Made by a program: the position numbers and the translations under genes | The notes under the pieces: model-generated | The model's input: the letters and a program-made list of their open reading frames with translations, nothing else | Told to the model about the DNA's origin: nothing | Databases searched by the model: none | Origin: Candidatus Shapirobacteria bacterium | Lineage (GTDB): Bacteria > Patescibacteriota > Microgenomatia > UBA12405 | Assembly: GCA_023245435.1 (NCBI GenBank) | Contig: JAHFKH010000004.1 | Span: 3,714-37,958, forward strand | Direction of reading: 5' to 3' | Length of the DNA: 34,245 nucleotides | Part shown: positions 17,831 to 26,792 of the stretch, piece by piece | Position numbering within the stretch: position 1 is the stretch's first letter | How the letters are laid out: every line of letters starts with the position of its first letter

Positions 17831-17923
17831 ATCACCCCCTAACCCCCTCTTTGACCAAAGAGGGGGGAAAATATTAATAATATTTATTATCCCTCTTTTT
17901 CAAAGAGGGATTTAGGGTGATTT
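17829..17923. repeat. Bipartite inverted palindromic element between convergent genes
   Basis: Left arm AAATCACCCCCTAACCCCCTCTTTGACCAAAGAGGGGGG; right arm (reverse complement) AAATCACCCTAAATCCCTCTTTGAAAAAGAGGGAT. Confidence 0.8.
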
Positions 17924-18691
17924 CAACACCATCCACACAAATTTTGGCAATTCGAGTTGACGTTTCCATCTTTTTGGCTCGACAAACAAGCTAAACAACC
18001 ATTCAAAACCAATTTGTTGTACCCATTTTGGAGCTCGGGGCAAATCGCCCGAGTAATAATCAAAACTCCTCCCCACCCCCATCACTAATCCCACTTTTAA
18101 TTTATCAAACCTTTCTTCAATCCATTCCTCCTGTCTTTTCATTCCTCGCGCCACAAACAAAAAGTCGGCTTTTATATTTAAATCAAAATTTTCCGCTTTA
18201 AACCCGGCTATTTTTAGCTTTGGATACTTTTTGGCAAAATATTTTGCCGTTTTTTTAGATCTATCCTTCCACCCTCCAAAAAAATAAACCGATTTATTGT
18301 TTTTTTGTGCCATAGCGCACAAATCGTCCATCAAATCTGCCCCGGTAATCAAATTCTCTCGATGTCCCCCTCGCAAAATTTCTATACCCACCTTTAAACC
18401 CGACAAAAAACTCTTGGTTTTCAATCCCCAAATCAACCCTATCCCATCTATCACATTGTAAGTCGTTTTAGTCCTTAGTATTTCCCCAAAATGACCATCT
18501 TTTAAAGCCGCCATCACAAATTCCGGATTTACTGTCGCAATCCATATTTTCTTCCCTTTTTCTATATCAGACTCTATCAACTTTAGCAGAGTCAATTTAT
18601 TACTGCCAAATAGTTGAAAACCGTACTTTGTGCCAACAGTTAGGCTGTTTTTACTATCAACCCTGGTTATTTTTTTAGTTTTCACTTCCAT
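17912..18691 (-). CDS. WecB/TagA/CpsF family glycosyltransferase
   Basis: TVNPE, DGIGL, ITGADL, QEEWI, MGVGRSFD, RAP.W....G.EWL; start ATG 18691 or GTG 18685. Confidence 0.92.
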   Translation of the reverse strand: MEVKTKKITRVDSKNSLTVGTKYGFQLFGSNKLTLLKLIESDIEKGKKIWIATVNPEFVMAALKDGHFGEILRTKTTYNVIDGIGLIWGLKTKSFLSGLKVGIEILRGGHRENLITGADLMDDLCAMAQKNNKSVYFFGGWKDRSKKTAKYFAKKYPKLKIAGFKAENFDLNIKADFLFVARGMKRQEEWIEERFDKLKVGLVMGVGRSFDYYSGDLPRAPKWVQQIGFEWLFSLFVEPKRWKRQLELPKFVWMVLKSP

Positions 18692-18894
18692 TATTTTAAC
18701 AAAAAAATCCAATAAACAATGACCCAAACCCATTTTTATACCTTATATCACCTTACTACAAGACTAAAACACCAACTATATCAATCTTAAAATGTTTATT
18801 TTTTATAAGATAAATATACAAAAATATACAATAGGCTTAATTTAATATAATTGAACAATATTTATACTCAGAATTATCCCCTATTTATTCGTTA

Positions 18895-18989
18895 TAATTC
18901 GTAATTTGTAATTTGTAATTCGTAATTATTTTTCTCACTCTTATATTGTCTAAATTATTATTTAGTTTTAAGTTTTAAGTTTTAAGTTT
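18895..18989. repeat. Two intergenic heptamer arrays
   Basis: taattcg taatttg taatttg taattcg taattat (18895-18929) and ttagttt (taagttt)x3 (18962-18989). Confidence 0.75.
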
Positions 18990-19021
18990 TCAAAAAATAT
19001 AGGTTATTTTTTTGAAATATA

Positions 19022-20020
19022 TCATCTCAATGACTGTCGATACAAATCCCAGTTATCAATTACCATTCCCACCCCTCGTACCACACAATATTCTGGTTCA
19101 CCCGCCACATGGACCGGTATCCCAATTTCGCGCGATAACCACAAATCCATTCCCCTAGTTTTTGCATAAGCCCCTGTCAAAATTACTCCTCGATCCAAAA
19201 CGTCTGACACTAACTCGGCTGGAGTAATTTCCAACACCGATTTCATTAAACCAACTATTTTTTCCATCTCCTGATGAACCAACTCAAAAATTTCAGTTGA
19301 TGACAAATTAACTCTTTTGGGTAAACCATTTAAAACATCTCTTCCACCAACTTCTAAAAACTCTTCTTTTTTTAGCTTGACAGCCGACATTAGCTTCATT
19401 TTTATCTCTTCCATCACTTGTCGGCCTGCTACCAAAGAATGTTGTGAAGCTAAATATTCACCAATCAATTCATTAATCGACCCACTCCCCTGGCGAATTT
19501 GCTTTACTTTTACAATTCCCCCGGAAGCAATTATGGCCACTTCAATTACTCCTCCACCTAAGTTAACAATCATATTTCCAAAAACGTCTGATATTGGCAC
19601 CTTGGCCCCAATTGCTGCCGCCAAAGGCGAATCTATTAAATACACTTTTCGTGCCCCAGCTTCTAGTAAAACGTCAATTACTGCTCTTTGCTCTACTTGA
19701 GTATTACCCGAAGGTACGGCCGTTACTACTTCTGGACCAATAAACCAATTTCTTCCCATTACAATTTGTAAATAACTTTTTAACATCAACTTTGCCCCTT
19801 CAAAATCAACAATCACTCCCGATTTTATTGGTTCAAGCACTTCAATATATCCTGGTTGTCGACCCAACATTTTTTTAGCTTCATTACCGAGAGCTACTTG
19901 TTTTCTGTTTTCAATATCAACCGCCACTAACGATGGTTCCCTTAACACTATTTCACCATCCCTTAGGATAGTTATTTCCGAAGTCCCAATATCAATTGCT
20001 AACATCTTAAGATTAAGCAT
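19022..20020 (-). CDS. mreB: MreB-like actin ATPase, divergent
   Basis: AIDIGT, EPSLVA, P..GVI.DF, TQVEQRAV, PLAAAIGA, GRD...GLP, P.L..D..DRG, V..G.G. Confidence 0.85.
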   Translation of the reverse strand: MLNLKMLAIDIGTSEITILRDGEIVLREPSLVAVDIENRKQVALGNEAKKMLGRQPGYIEVLEPIKSGVIVDFEGAKLMLKSYLQIVMGRNWFIGPEVVTAVPSGNTQVEQRAVIDVLLEAGARKVYLIDSPLAAAIGAKVPISDVFGNMIVNLGGGVIEVAIIASGGIVKVKQIRQGSGSINELIGEYLASQHSLVAGRQVMEEIKMKLMSAVKLKKEEFLEVGGRDVLNGLPKRVNLSSTEIFELVHQEMEKIVGLMKSVLEITPAELVSDVLDRGVILTGAYAKTRGMDLWLSREIGIPVHVAGEPEYCVVRGVGMVIDNWDLYRQSLR

Positions 20021-20096
20021 AGTTTATTCTATCAGTCAAAACCAGTATAATATATTTATCACTACAAAATATTCAGGCCAAAAAAATGCCATTATC

Positions 20097-21143
20097 ATGT
20101 TATTGGTCGTAACTTCTATCGTATTAACTACATTTATCATTAGCATTTTTGCCCGCGGCTATATCCCTCAGTACGACAACGGTTTAAAAATAACGGCCAC
20201 AGGCTTATTATCGGCCAATTCTTTACCCAAAAACGCCAGCGTCATTATCAACGACAAACTTTATACCACTACCGACGACTCAATTAACCTTGTCCCCGGG
20301 GATTATCAACTAAAAATCGTCAAAGAAGGCTATTTACCTTGGAATAAAAAAATTACGATTCAAAAAGAAATGGTTTACCAAGCTGAAGCTGCTTTATTTA
20401 AAACCAATCCCAAACTAACCCCCCTAACCACCATTACCGCTTTATTTCCCACTTCAAACCCCGATCATACTCAAATAGTTTTTATTGCTCCACCCTCCAC
20501 CTCAAGCTATAAACCTGGAATTTATTTAGTTGAATCAAGTTACTATTTTACTCCTATCTTAAGCCGATATGAACCAAAATTTATTGCGACCAACCCCTAT
20601 TCTTTCAACGACAAAACTCTTAGTTTTACCTTTTCTCCCAACTCCAAACAAATAATTCTCAAATCAGGCACCAAACGCAATCAATATTTAATCGATTTGA
20701 CCACCAATAACATTAGTTTACTCAACGAAAAAAACAATCTCAATTGGGAACAACAATCAAAAGAAATAGAGACGGTTAATTTAAATAAACTTCCCAAAAT
20801 ATTTACCAATACAGTCGCCACCAATCCTGCCTCAATTCAGTTTTCCGGCGATGAAAATAAATTTTTATACCTATTTAACGACCAATATTATACTTATGAC
20901 TCTGAAAAAAATTTAAATTATATTTTGGGCAAACGGTCTGATATTATTAACCCTTTTTGGCTACCCAAATCAAATAGTATTATTTATACCAACAACGGCA
21001 AAATAAAATCGATTGAATTTGACGGGACTAACAACAATACTATTTTTTCCTCGGAATTATACGTTAAAACCATAATACCTCAATTTGACGGTGAAAAACT
21101 TATTATAACCTCCGACAATATTTACAACCTAACTATCAGATAA
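20097..21143 (+). CDS. PEGA-domain membrane protein with a beta-propeller-like C-terminus
   Basis: N-terminal TM, TGLLSANSLPKNASV, L.PGDYQLKIVKEGY.PW; FSPNSK repeats; may start at ATC 20058. Confidence 0.8.
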   Translation: MLLVVTSIVLTTFIISIFARGYIPQYDNGLKITATGLLSANSLPKNASVIINDKLYTTTDDSINLVPGDYQLKIVKEGYLPWNKKITIQKEMVYQAEAALFKTNPKLTPLTTITALFPTSNPDHTQIVFIAPPSTSSYKPGIYLVESSYYFTPILSRYEPKFIATNPYSFNDKTLSFTFSPNSKQIILKSGTKRNQYLIDLTTNNISLLNEKNNLNWEQQSKEIETVNLNKLPKIFTNTVATNPASIQFSGDENKFLYLFNDQYYTYDSEKNLNYILGKRSDIINPFWLPKSNSIIYTNNGKIKSIEFDGTNNNTIFSSELYVKTIIPQFDGEKLIITSDNIYNLTIR

Positions 21144-21144
21144 C

Positions 21145-21471
21145 TTATCGACACCTTCTTGATTCAAAGCTATCAATTTGAACATCAATATTAGCTTTCT
21201 CTGCGGCAGTTATACTACTAATCTTTTTTTCGTCATTTAAAAACAAAATCACCTTATCAACATACTCATTTGTCAAACAGCTAGAAACAGAATCAATTTG
21301 ATCATAAGGCGCTTCTAATTTTGGCTCAGAAAAACTAATCGAGTCACCCAACACCGTGGCTTGACCACCATAGTTGCCTACTTCAACAAATCGTAGTGGC
21401 ACCAAGACCATCAAGGCAAAAACAAAACTAACAATCAGGGTTCGTGTATTTTTATTAAATTCTTTTTCCAT
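21145..21471 (-). CDS. Small membrane-anchored protein
   Basis: N-terminal TM then VLG motif; TTGACA-16-TAGACT 6 nt upstream of ATG. Confidence 0.7.
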   Translation of the reverse strand: MEKEFNKNTRTLIVSFVFALMVLVPLRFVEVGNYGGQATVLGDSISFSEPKLEAPYDQIDSVSSCLTNEYVDKVILFLNDEKKISSITAAEKANIDVQIDSFESRRCR

Positions 21472-21531
21472 ATAATCAGTCTAAAACATTTGCCAAATTT
21501 GTCAATCGAACAATTGGTATAATAGCAGCGA

Positions 21532-21604
21532 CAGGGACTAGTTCAATTGGTAGAGCGCACGGTTCGGAACCGTGAGGTTACGGGTTCGAATCCCGTGTCT
21601 CTGA
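21532..21604 (+). tRNA. tRNA-Pro(CGG)
   Basis: Cloverleaf CAGGGAC/GTCTCTG, anticodon arm CACGG-TTCGGAA-CCGTG, GGTTCGAATCC; C1:G72, A73; CCA not encoded. Confidence 0.93.
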
Positions 21605-21614
21605 CAAAAATCAC

Positions 21615-21686
21615 GTCCTCATAGTTCAATGGATAGAACGAGGGTTTCCTAAACCCTAAATCCAGGTCCGATTCCTGGTGAGGACA
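21615..21686 (+). tRNA. tRNA-Arg(CCT)
   Basis: GTCCTCA/TGAGGAC, anticodon arm AGGGT-TTCCTAA-ACCCT, T arm CCAGG-TCCGATT-CCTGG; CCA not encoded. Confidence 0.92.
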
Positions 21687-21691
21687 CAATA

Positions 21692-21804
21692 TTTACCGCA
21701 ATTTACTAACCCAATATCCTACTTTTTACCGCAATATTTAACCAATACTCCGTAATATTTCCGCAGAAATTTACCTATTTTTAACATTCTATACATTTAC
21801 CGCA
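21692..21804 (+). repeat. Dispersed TTTACCGCA direct repeats
   Basis: Exact copies at 21692, 21725 and 21796; variants near 21748 and 21758. Confidence 0.6.
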
Positions 21805-22125
21805 TAATATACAATTATTATAATAATTAATATACAAAATATATCTATTCAAATCATTTAAAACGAATTTGCCCAAAACTATACAATTTAATATATTAAA
21901 AATGCTTCATCTTTCTCTAATTTTATCCCCTCATTTATGCTTCAAAATATATCACCAACACTATCACAAAATATATCAACAAATAATTAATTTTTAAAAA
22001 ATATTGTTTAAATAAAATACCATCAACCATACTTTAATCAACTAAAATAATCACATTATTAACCTATTTGTCTGTACAAACCGATATCATTACCTACCTA
22101 GCAGTTATTAAGTTACTTTGCCAAT

Positions 22126-24501
22126 TTAGCCTTTAACCACCAAATTTATCATTTTTCCCTCGACATATATTTCTTTTATTATGGTCTTACCCACTAACCA
22201 TTTCTTCACATTTTCTAATTCCTTTGCCATAGCCACAACATTTTCTTTAACTCGTAACTGTTCACTCGTAACTGTTAACTGATCTCTAACTTTTCCATTA
22301 ATTGCCACTGGTAACTTCACCACCTCGTCTATTAAGTACTTCTCCTGTGCCACCGGCCATGATGTGCTGTGTATTGAATTATTATTTCCCGTTTGGCTCC
22401 ACAACTCCTCGGTTATATATGGCGCAAAAGGGGCTAATAGCTTCAACAATACTTCTATCGAATTTTTATCTATCTTAATTTTTTCTAAATCGTTTAATCC
22501 TCCCATTAATTTAGCAATTGCTGTATTGTAACCAAATTCATTTATATCCTTGGTTAATCCAAATATTAGCTTGTTTATTACCAAATTACAATCATCATTG
22601 CTAGCAGATTTATTATTAATCTGATTAATTATATATTTCTCGAATCTATCTAAAAATCTTTTTACTCCCATTAAAGTATTTTCATTCCAAGCCATTGTTC
22701 CCTCAAATGGTCCCATAAACATCATATACATTCGCACTACATCAACTCCATATTTATCAGCCACTGTCTCAGGCACTATTACGTTCCCTTTTGATTTACT
22801 CATTCGATTATTATCGGGTCCTAATATTACTCCATGCGACATTCGCACCGCATATGGTTCAGGTGTTGGCACCACTTTTAAATCGTACAAAAACTGATGA
22901 ATAAATCTAGAATATAGCAAATGCAGCGTATTGTGTTCATCACCACCAATATAAACATTAACTGGCAACCATTTTTTAAGTGTATCAAAAGATGCCAGTT
23001 CTTTATTATTATGTGGATCACAATATCTCATAAAATACCAATCGCTACCTGCCCAGTTGGGCATGGTGTCAGTCTCCCTTTTGGCCACCCCTCCACACTT
23101 GGGACACGTACAATTTACAAAACTTTCAATTCGTGACAGTGGACTTAAACCATCATCAGTTGGTTCGTACGCTTCAACCTCAGGCAACACAATCGGTAGG
23201 TTTTCTTCCTTCTCAGTTACCCAGCCACATTTTGGACAGTTTATCATTGGTATTGGTTCACCCCAATAATGTTGGCGACTGAATATCCAATCGCGCAAAT
23301 GATAACTGCTCGCCCCTTCCCCTATTCCCTTATTTATTATTAATTCAATTGCTTTTTTAACTTCTTCAGCAACATTTACTTTCTTTTCATCATCATAAAC
23401 ATTAATAATTGGTAAATTAAATTTTTGGGCAAACTCCTTATCTCGCTCATCATGTGCCGGCACCGACATAATTGCCCCTGTTCCGTAACTGACCAAGACA
23501 AAATCAGATATCCAAATTGGAATTTCTTTGTTATTAATAGGGTTAATGGCATACAAACCCGAAAACACTCCTGTTTTTTCTTTATTTAATTCCGTTCTTT
23601 CCATTTCCGACTTCTTCCGTGCCTGTTTTACATATTCCTGTATTTTTTCTCGTTCCTCATTCGTAATTCGTAATTCGTAATTATCAATTATTCCATTTAT
23701 TAATTCATGTTCTGGTGCCACCACCATAAATGTCGCCCCAGATAAAGTATCGGGTCTGGTTGTAAACACCTCCAATTCTTTTATCTGAGATCTGACATCT
23801 GAGATCTGAAATCTAATCTTCGCTCCTTCCGATTTACCAATCCAATTAATTTGTGCTTGTTTGACCTTATCAATAAATGAGGTGTCTTTTAAACCATCAA
23901 TCAACCGATCGGCATATTTGGTTATTTTAACTACCCATTGTGAAATATTGCGTCGCGACACTTCACTCCCACAACGTTCACATTTACCATCAACCACTTC
24001 TTCGTTTGCTAAACCAATTTTGCAACTAGGACACCAGTTAATCGGCATTTCTTTTTTATATGCCAAACCAGCTTCAAATAATTTAATAAATATCCATTGC
24101 GTCCATTTGTAATATTGTGGATCAGTGGTATTTATTTCTCGCTCCCAATCAAACGAAAAAGCTAATTTTTTCATTTGATTTCTAAAATTATCCGTGTTTT
24201 CTTTGGTTACCTCTTGCGGTTTTCGCTTCATTTTAATCGCATAGTTTTCCGTTGGCAAACCAAATGCATCCCACCCCATCGGATACAACACATTGTTTCC
24301 CCGCATTCTCATAAACCGAGCATAAATATCTCCCCCCGTAAAAGAAAAAGCATGGCCGACATGTAAACCCGAGCCTGACGGATATGGGAATTCATTCAGC
24401 ACATACACTTTTGGCTTATCACTTTTATCATCCGCCTTATACAAATTTTTATTTTCGGCCCAAATCCTCTGCCACTTATCTTCAATTAACTTAAAATCCA
24501 T
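22126..24501 (-). CDS. leuS: Leucine--tRNA ligase
   Basis: FPYPSGSGLHVGH, GWDAFGLP, FTTRPDT, YGTGAIM.VPAHD, DW.FSRQ.YWG.PIP, RMSKSKGN, INGKVR. Confidence 0.98.
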   Translation of the reverse strand: MDFKLIEDKWQRIWAENKNLYKADDKSDKPKVYVLNEFPYPSGSGLHVGHAFSFTGGDIYARFMRMRGNNVLYPMGWDAFGLPTENYAIKMKRKPQEVTKENTDNFRNQMKKLAFSFDWEREINTTDPQYYKWTQWIFIKLFEAGLAYKKEMPINWCPSCKIGLANEEVVDGKCERCGSEVSRRNISQWVVKITKYADRLIDGLKDTSFIDKVKQAQINWIGKSEGAKIRFQISDVRSQIKELEVFTTRPDTLSGATFMVVAPEHELINGIIDNYELRITNEEREKIQEYVKQARKKSEMERTELNKEKTGVFSGLYAINPINNKEIPIWISDFVLVSYGTGAIMSVPAHDERDKEFAQKFNLPIINVYDDEKKVNVAEEVKKAIELIINKGIGEGASSYHLRDWIFSRQHYWGEPIPMINCPKCGWVTEKEENLPIVLPEVEAYEPTDDGLSPLSRIESFVNCTCPKCGGVAKRETDTMPNWAGSDWYFMRYCDPHNNKELASFDTLKKWLPVNVYIGGDEHNTLHLLYSRFIHQFLYDLKVVPTPEPYAVRMSHGVILGPDNNRMSKSKGNVIVPETVADKYGVDVVRMYMMFMGPFEGTMAWNENTLMGVKRFLDRFEKYIINQINNKSASNDDCNLVINKLIFGLTKDINEFGYNTAIAKLMGGLNDLEKIKIDKNSIEVLLKLLAPFAPYITEELWSQTGNNNSIHSTSWPVAQEKYLIDEVVKLPVAINGKVRDQLTVTSEQLRVKENVVAMAKELENVKKWLVGKTIIKEIYVEGKMINLVVKG
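22248..22282. repeat. Heptamer array in frame in leuS C-terminal domain
   Basis: taactcg taactgt tcactcg taactgt taactga; encodes QLTVTSEQLRV. Confidence 0.8.
23657..23691. repeat. Heptamer array in frame in leuS editing domain
   Basis: tcattcg taattcg taattcg taattat caattat; encodes IIDNYELRITNE. Confidence 0.8.
23782..23816. repeat. Heptamer array in frame in leuS at the start of the editing domain
   Basis: tatctga gatctga catctga gatctga aatctaa; encodes RFQISDVRSQI. Confidence 0.8.
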
Positions 24502-24608
24502 ATACTTCTATTTTATCTCAAAAATACACAAAATCTATCATCAACCATATTTGTTGCAAATATCACATTATTATTGGATAATAATTTGTTACTCTATACT
24601 CACCAAAC

Positions 24609-24962
24609 ATGTCATTAAAAATCCTCATTGTCGAAGATGATTTATTTTCCGCCAATATTTATCAAAACCACTTAACCAAAGCTGGTTATATTTCCAAAAT
24701 TGCCACAGATGGTCGTACCGCCTTGGATTTAGCCGATTCATTTCACCCCGACTTAATAATTTTAGATTTAATTCTTCCCAAAATTGATGGTTTTACTCTA
24801 ATTCATTTATTTAAAAAAACTCCAATTATTATAGTTTCTAATCTCGATCAAGATGACGACATTGAAAAATGTCTTAGTACCGGCGCCAAGCTGTTTATCA
24901 CCAAAGAATCAATTAACTACGACAAATTAATCTCCGAAATCAATAAATTACTCGATCACTAA
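24609..24962 (+). CDS. Single-domain response regulator (REC)
   Basis: KILIVEDD, PDLIILDLILPKIDG, PIIIVSN, FITK. Confidence 0.9.
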   Translation: MSLKILIVEDDLFSANIYQNHLTKAGYISKIATDGRTALDLADSFHPDLIILDLILPKIDGFTLIHLFKKTPIIIVSNLDQDDDIEKCLSTGAKLFITKESINYDKLISEINKLLDH

Positions 24963-25661
24963 ACTCCCATTAACATCAGTCCTTAACACCGACGTCCCCA
25001 CTCCCAACACTCGTCCCAAAACTTCGCTACTCGGGTGACCATAATTATTTTTACCTACCGATACGACCGCAAAATTCGCATTTATCCGCTGCAACCACGC
25101 CTGTGAATTCCCCGTTTTTGATCCGTGGTGCGACAACTTAACTACATCAATCGGCTCATTTATACTATATATAATACTGTTCTCAACCAACTCATCAATA
25201 TCACCCGTAAATAAAATCGATTTATTGGCAAATTTTAATATTCCTACTACCGAATCATTATCCCGCGGGACCAATCCCACCAGGGGAAAAATCACCTCAA
25301 ATTCAAAATTATTACCCTTGACCACATCACCCTTAAACAAATCCCCCAACCCCACTATTTTTTTAATTTGATAATATTTTTTTAATTTTTCCAAAGCCCC
25401 ACTGTGATCATTATCCAGATGCGACAACATTACTATTTCCAATTTTTTATCCCCTAGCGGCAAATTTTGATCCAAACATTTTTCAATTCCCCCGGCAACT
25501 GGCCCAGTATCGATTAACATTTGAAAATAACCAGAAGTTACCAAAGCCGCATCACCTTGCCCCACGTTACAAAAAATTACTTTAACTTTATTACTCGGAA
25601 TTACCACTATCCAACCCCACATCAAATATATCAATCCCAATAAAAAATATTTTTTATACAT
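24948..25661 (-). CDS. ComEC C-terminal metallo-beta-lactamase nuclease domain (separate gene)
   Basis: VGQGDA, LIDTG, SHLDNDH, LFTGD, HHGSK, SVGKNNYGHP, RTD.NG. Confidence 0.9.
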   Translation of the reverse strand: MYKKYFLLGLIYLMWGWIVVIPSNKVKVIFCNVGQGDAALVTSGYFQMLIDTGPVAGGIEKCLDQNLPLGDKKLEIVMLSHLDNDHSGALEKLKKYYQIKKIVGLGDLFKGDVVKGNNFEFEVIFPLVGLVPRDNDSVVGILKFANKSILFTGDIDELVENSIIYSINEPIDVVKLSHHGSKTGNSQAWLQRINANFAVVSVGKNNYGHPSSEVLGRVLGVGTSVLRTDVNGSLVIE

Positions 25662-26463
25662 GCTTTTTTCTCATATAATAACCAACTCCTATTACATAAC
25701 TGGCCACCATCATCCAAACATTAAAACTAACTCTAACTTGAGCCATACTCGGCATTGATAAAATTTGCACCGTTTTTTCAATATATACCAACAACGGATA
25801 AAGTAACCACCAAATTGGATGAAAAATAATTCCTAAAAAGCCCAACACCGTAATCGTTTCCACCAAAAATAAAGTCATTAAATTTGACAAAGGGGCCATT
25901 AAACTTAAATATCCAAATTTAAAGGCCAATAATGGTAATAACCACAAATTTACTCTTAAAGTTGTTTTGATTACTCCCTCATTTGGATTTTGCGACACTG
26001 CCATAAATGCCAAAAATGACATCCAAAAACTTACTGAACTCAAAACTCGATAATCAGCCACTATCATTATCATCAAAACTAAAATTATCATTCGTAAAAA
26101 ATTTGTTTTTCGCCCCAACAATTGTCCCAAATACATAATTGTCACCATTATCACTGCTCGAGTCGCCGGAATTTGCCAACCGACCAAACTCACATAAAGC
26201 CAACCTATGGTAATTCCCAAAATTATAGACTGTTTTCGACCAAGCCACTGAGCCAACAATTCAATTAATCCTTTGACCACAATCATCAAATTTGAACCAG
26301 ACACTACCAAAATATGAATCAAACCCGTCACCACCATTTGGTTATAAAATTCTTTTGAAATTCCCGACACGTCACCCCACAACATTGCTACCAACATCGA
26401 TGCCTGCTGATTTGGTAAATATCTCAAAACTTCATAAATCAATCTTATCTTTAATATTTCCAT
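25654..26463 (-). CDS. comEC: ComEC/Rec2 membrane competence domain
   Basis: TGLIHILVVSGSN, RAVIM, SFWMSFLA, NL; multiple TM helices; likely start ATG 26463. Confidence 0.9.
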   Translation of the reverse strand: MEILKIRLIYEVLRYLPNQQASMLVAMLWGDVSGISKEFYNQMVVTGLIHILVVSGSNLMIVVKGLIELLAQWLGRKQSIILGITIGWLYVSLVGWQIPATRAVIMVTIMYLGQLLGRKTNFLRMIILVLMIMIVADYRVLSSVSFWMSFLAFMAVSQNPNEGVIKTTLRVNLWLLPLLAFKFGYLSLMAPLSNLMTLFLVETITVLGFLGIIFHPIWWLLYPLLVYIEKTVQILSMPSMAQVRVSFNVWMMVASYVIGVGYYMRKKHV

Positions 26464-26758
26464 AAATTTTGTCCCCAATTCCCGAGACTTCCTTTAACTG
26501 TTCCTTGGAACTAAATTTACCCACACTATTTCGATAATCAACAATTCTTTGAGCCATTTTGTCACCAATTGACGGCAAATCAACCAATTCCCGCACCGTG
26601 GCTTGATTGATATTTATCTTTCCCATCATCTTTTGCTCTGCTTTAACTATGGCCACTTGTTGTTCCTTAAAATTATCAGCCAATTTAACTCGCAAGCCCA
26701 CAATCATTAACACCACCCCCACGACTATTACCAAATCCCCCCAATACCGTTTAAACAT
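26432..26758 (-). CDS. comEA: ComEA-like helix-hairpin-helix DNA receptor
   Basis: N-terminal TM; KININQAT..EL..LP.IG..MA.RIVDYR, V.GIG.K; likely start ATG 26758. Confidence 0.92.
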   Translation of the reverse strand: MFKRYWGDLVIVVGVVLMIVGLRVKLADNFKEQQVAIVKAEQKMMGKININQATVRELVDLPSIGDKMAQRIVDYRNSVGKFSSKEQLKEVSGIGDKIYGNIKDKIDL

Positions 26759-26792
26759 AATCAAATAATACAACTTAATATCAATATTTATA

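Noticed and set aside
21690..21810. CRISPR array
   Set aside because: Repeats are only ~9 nt with irregular spacing, and there are no cas genes.
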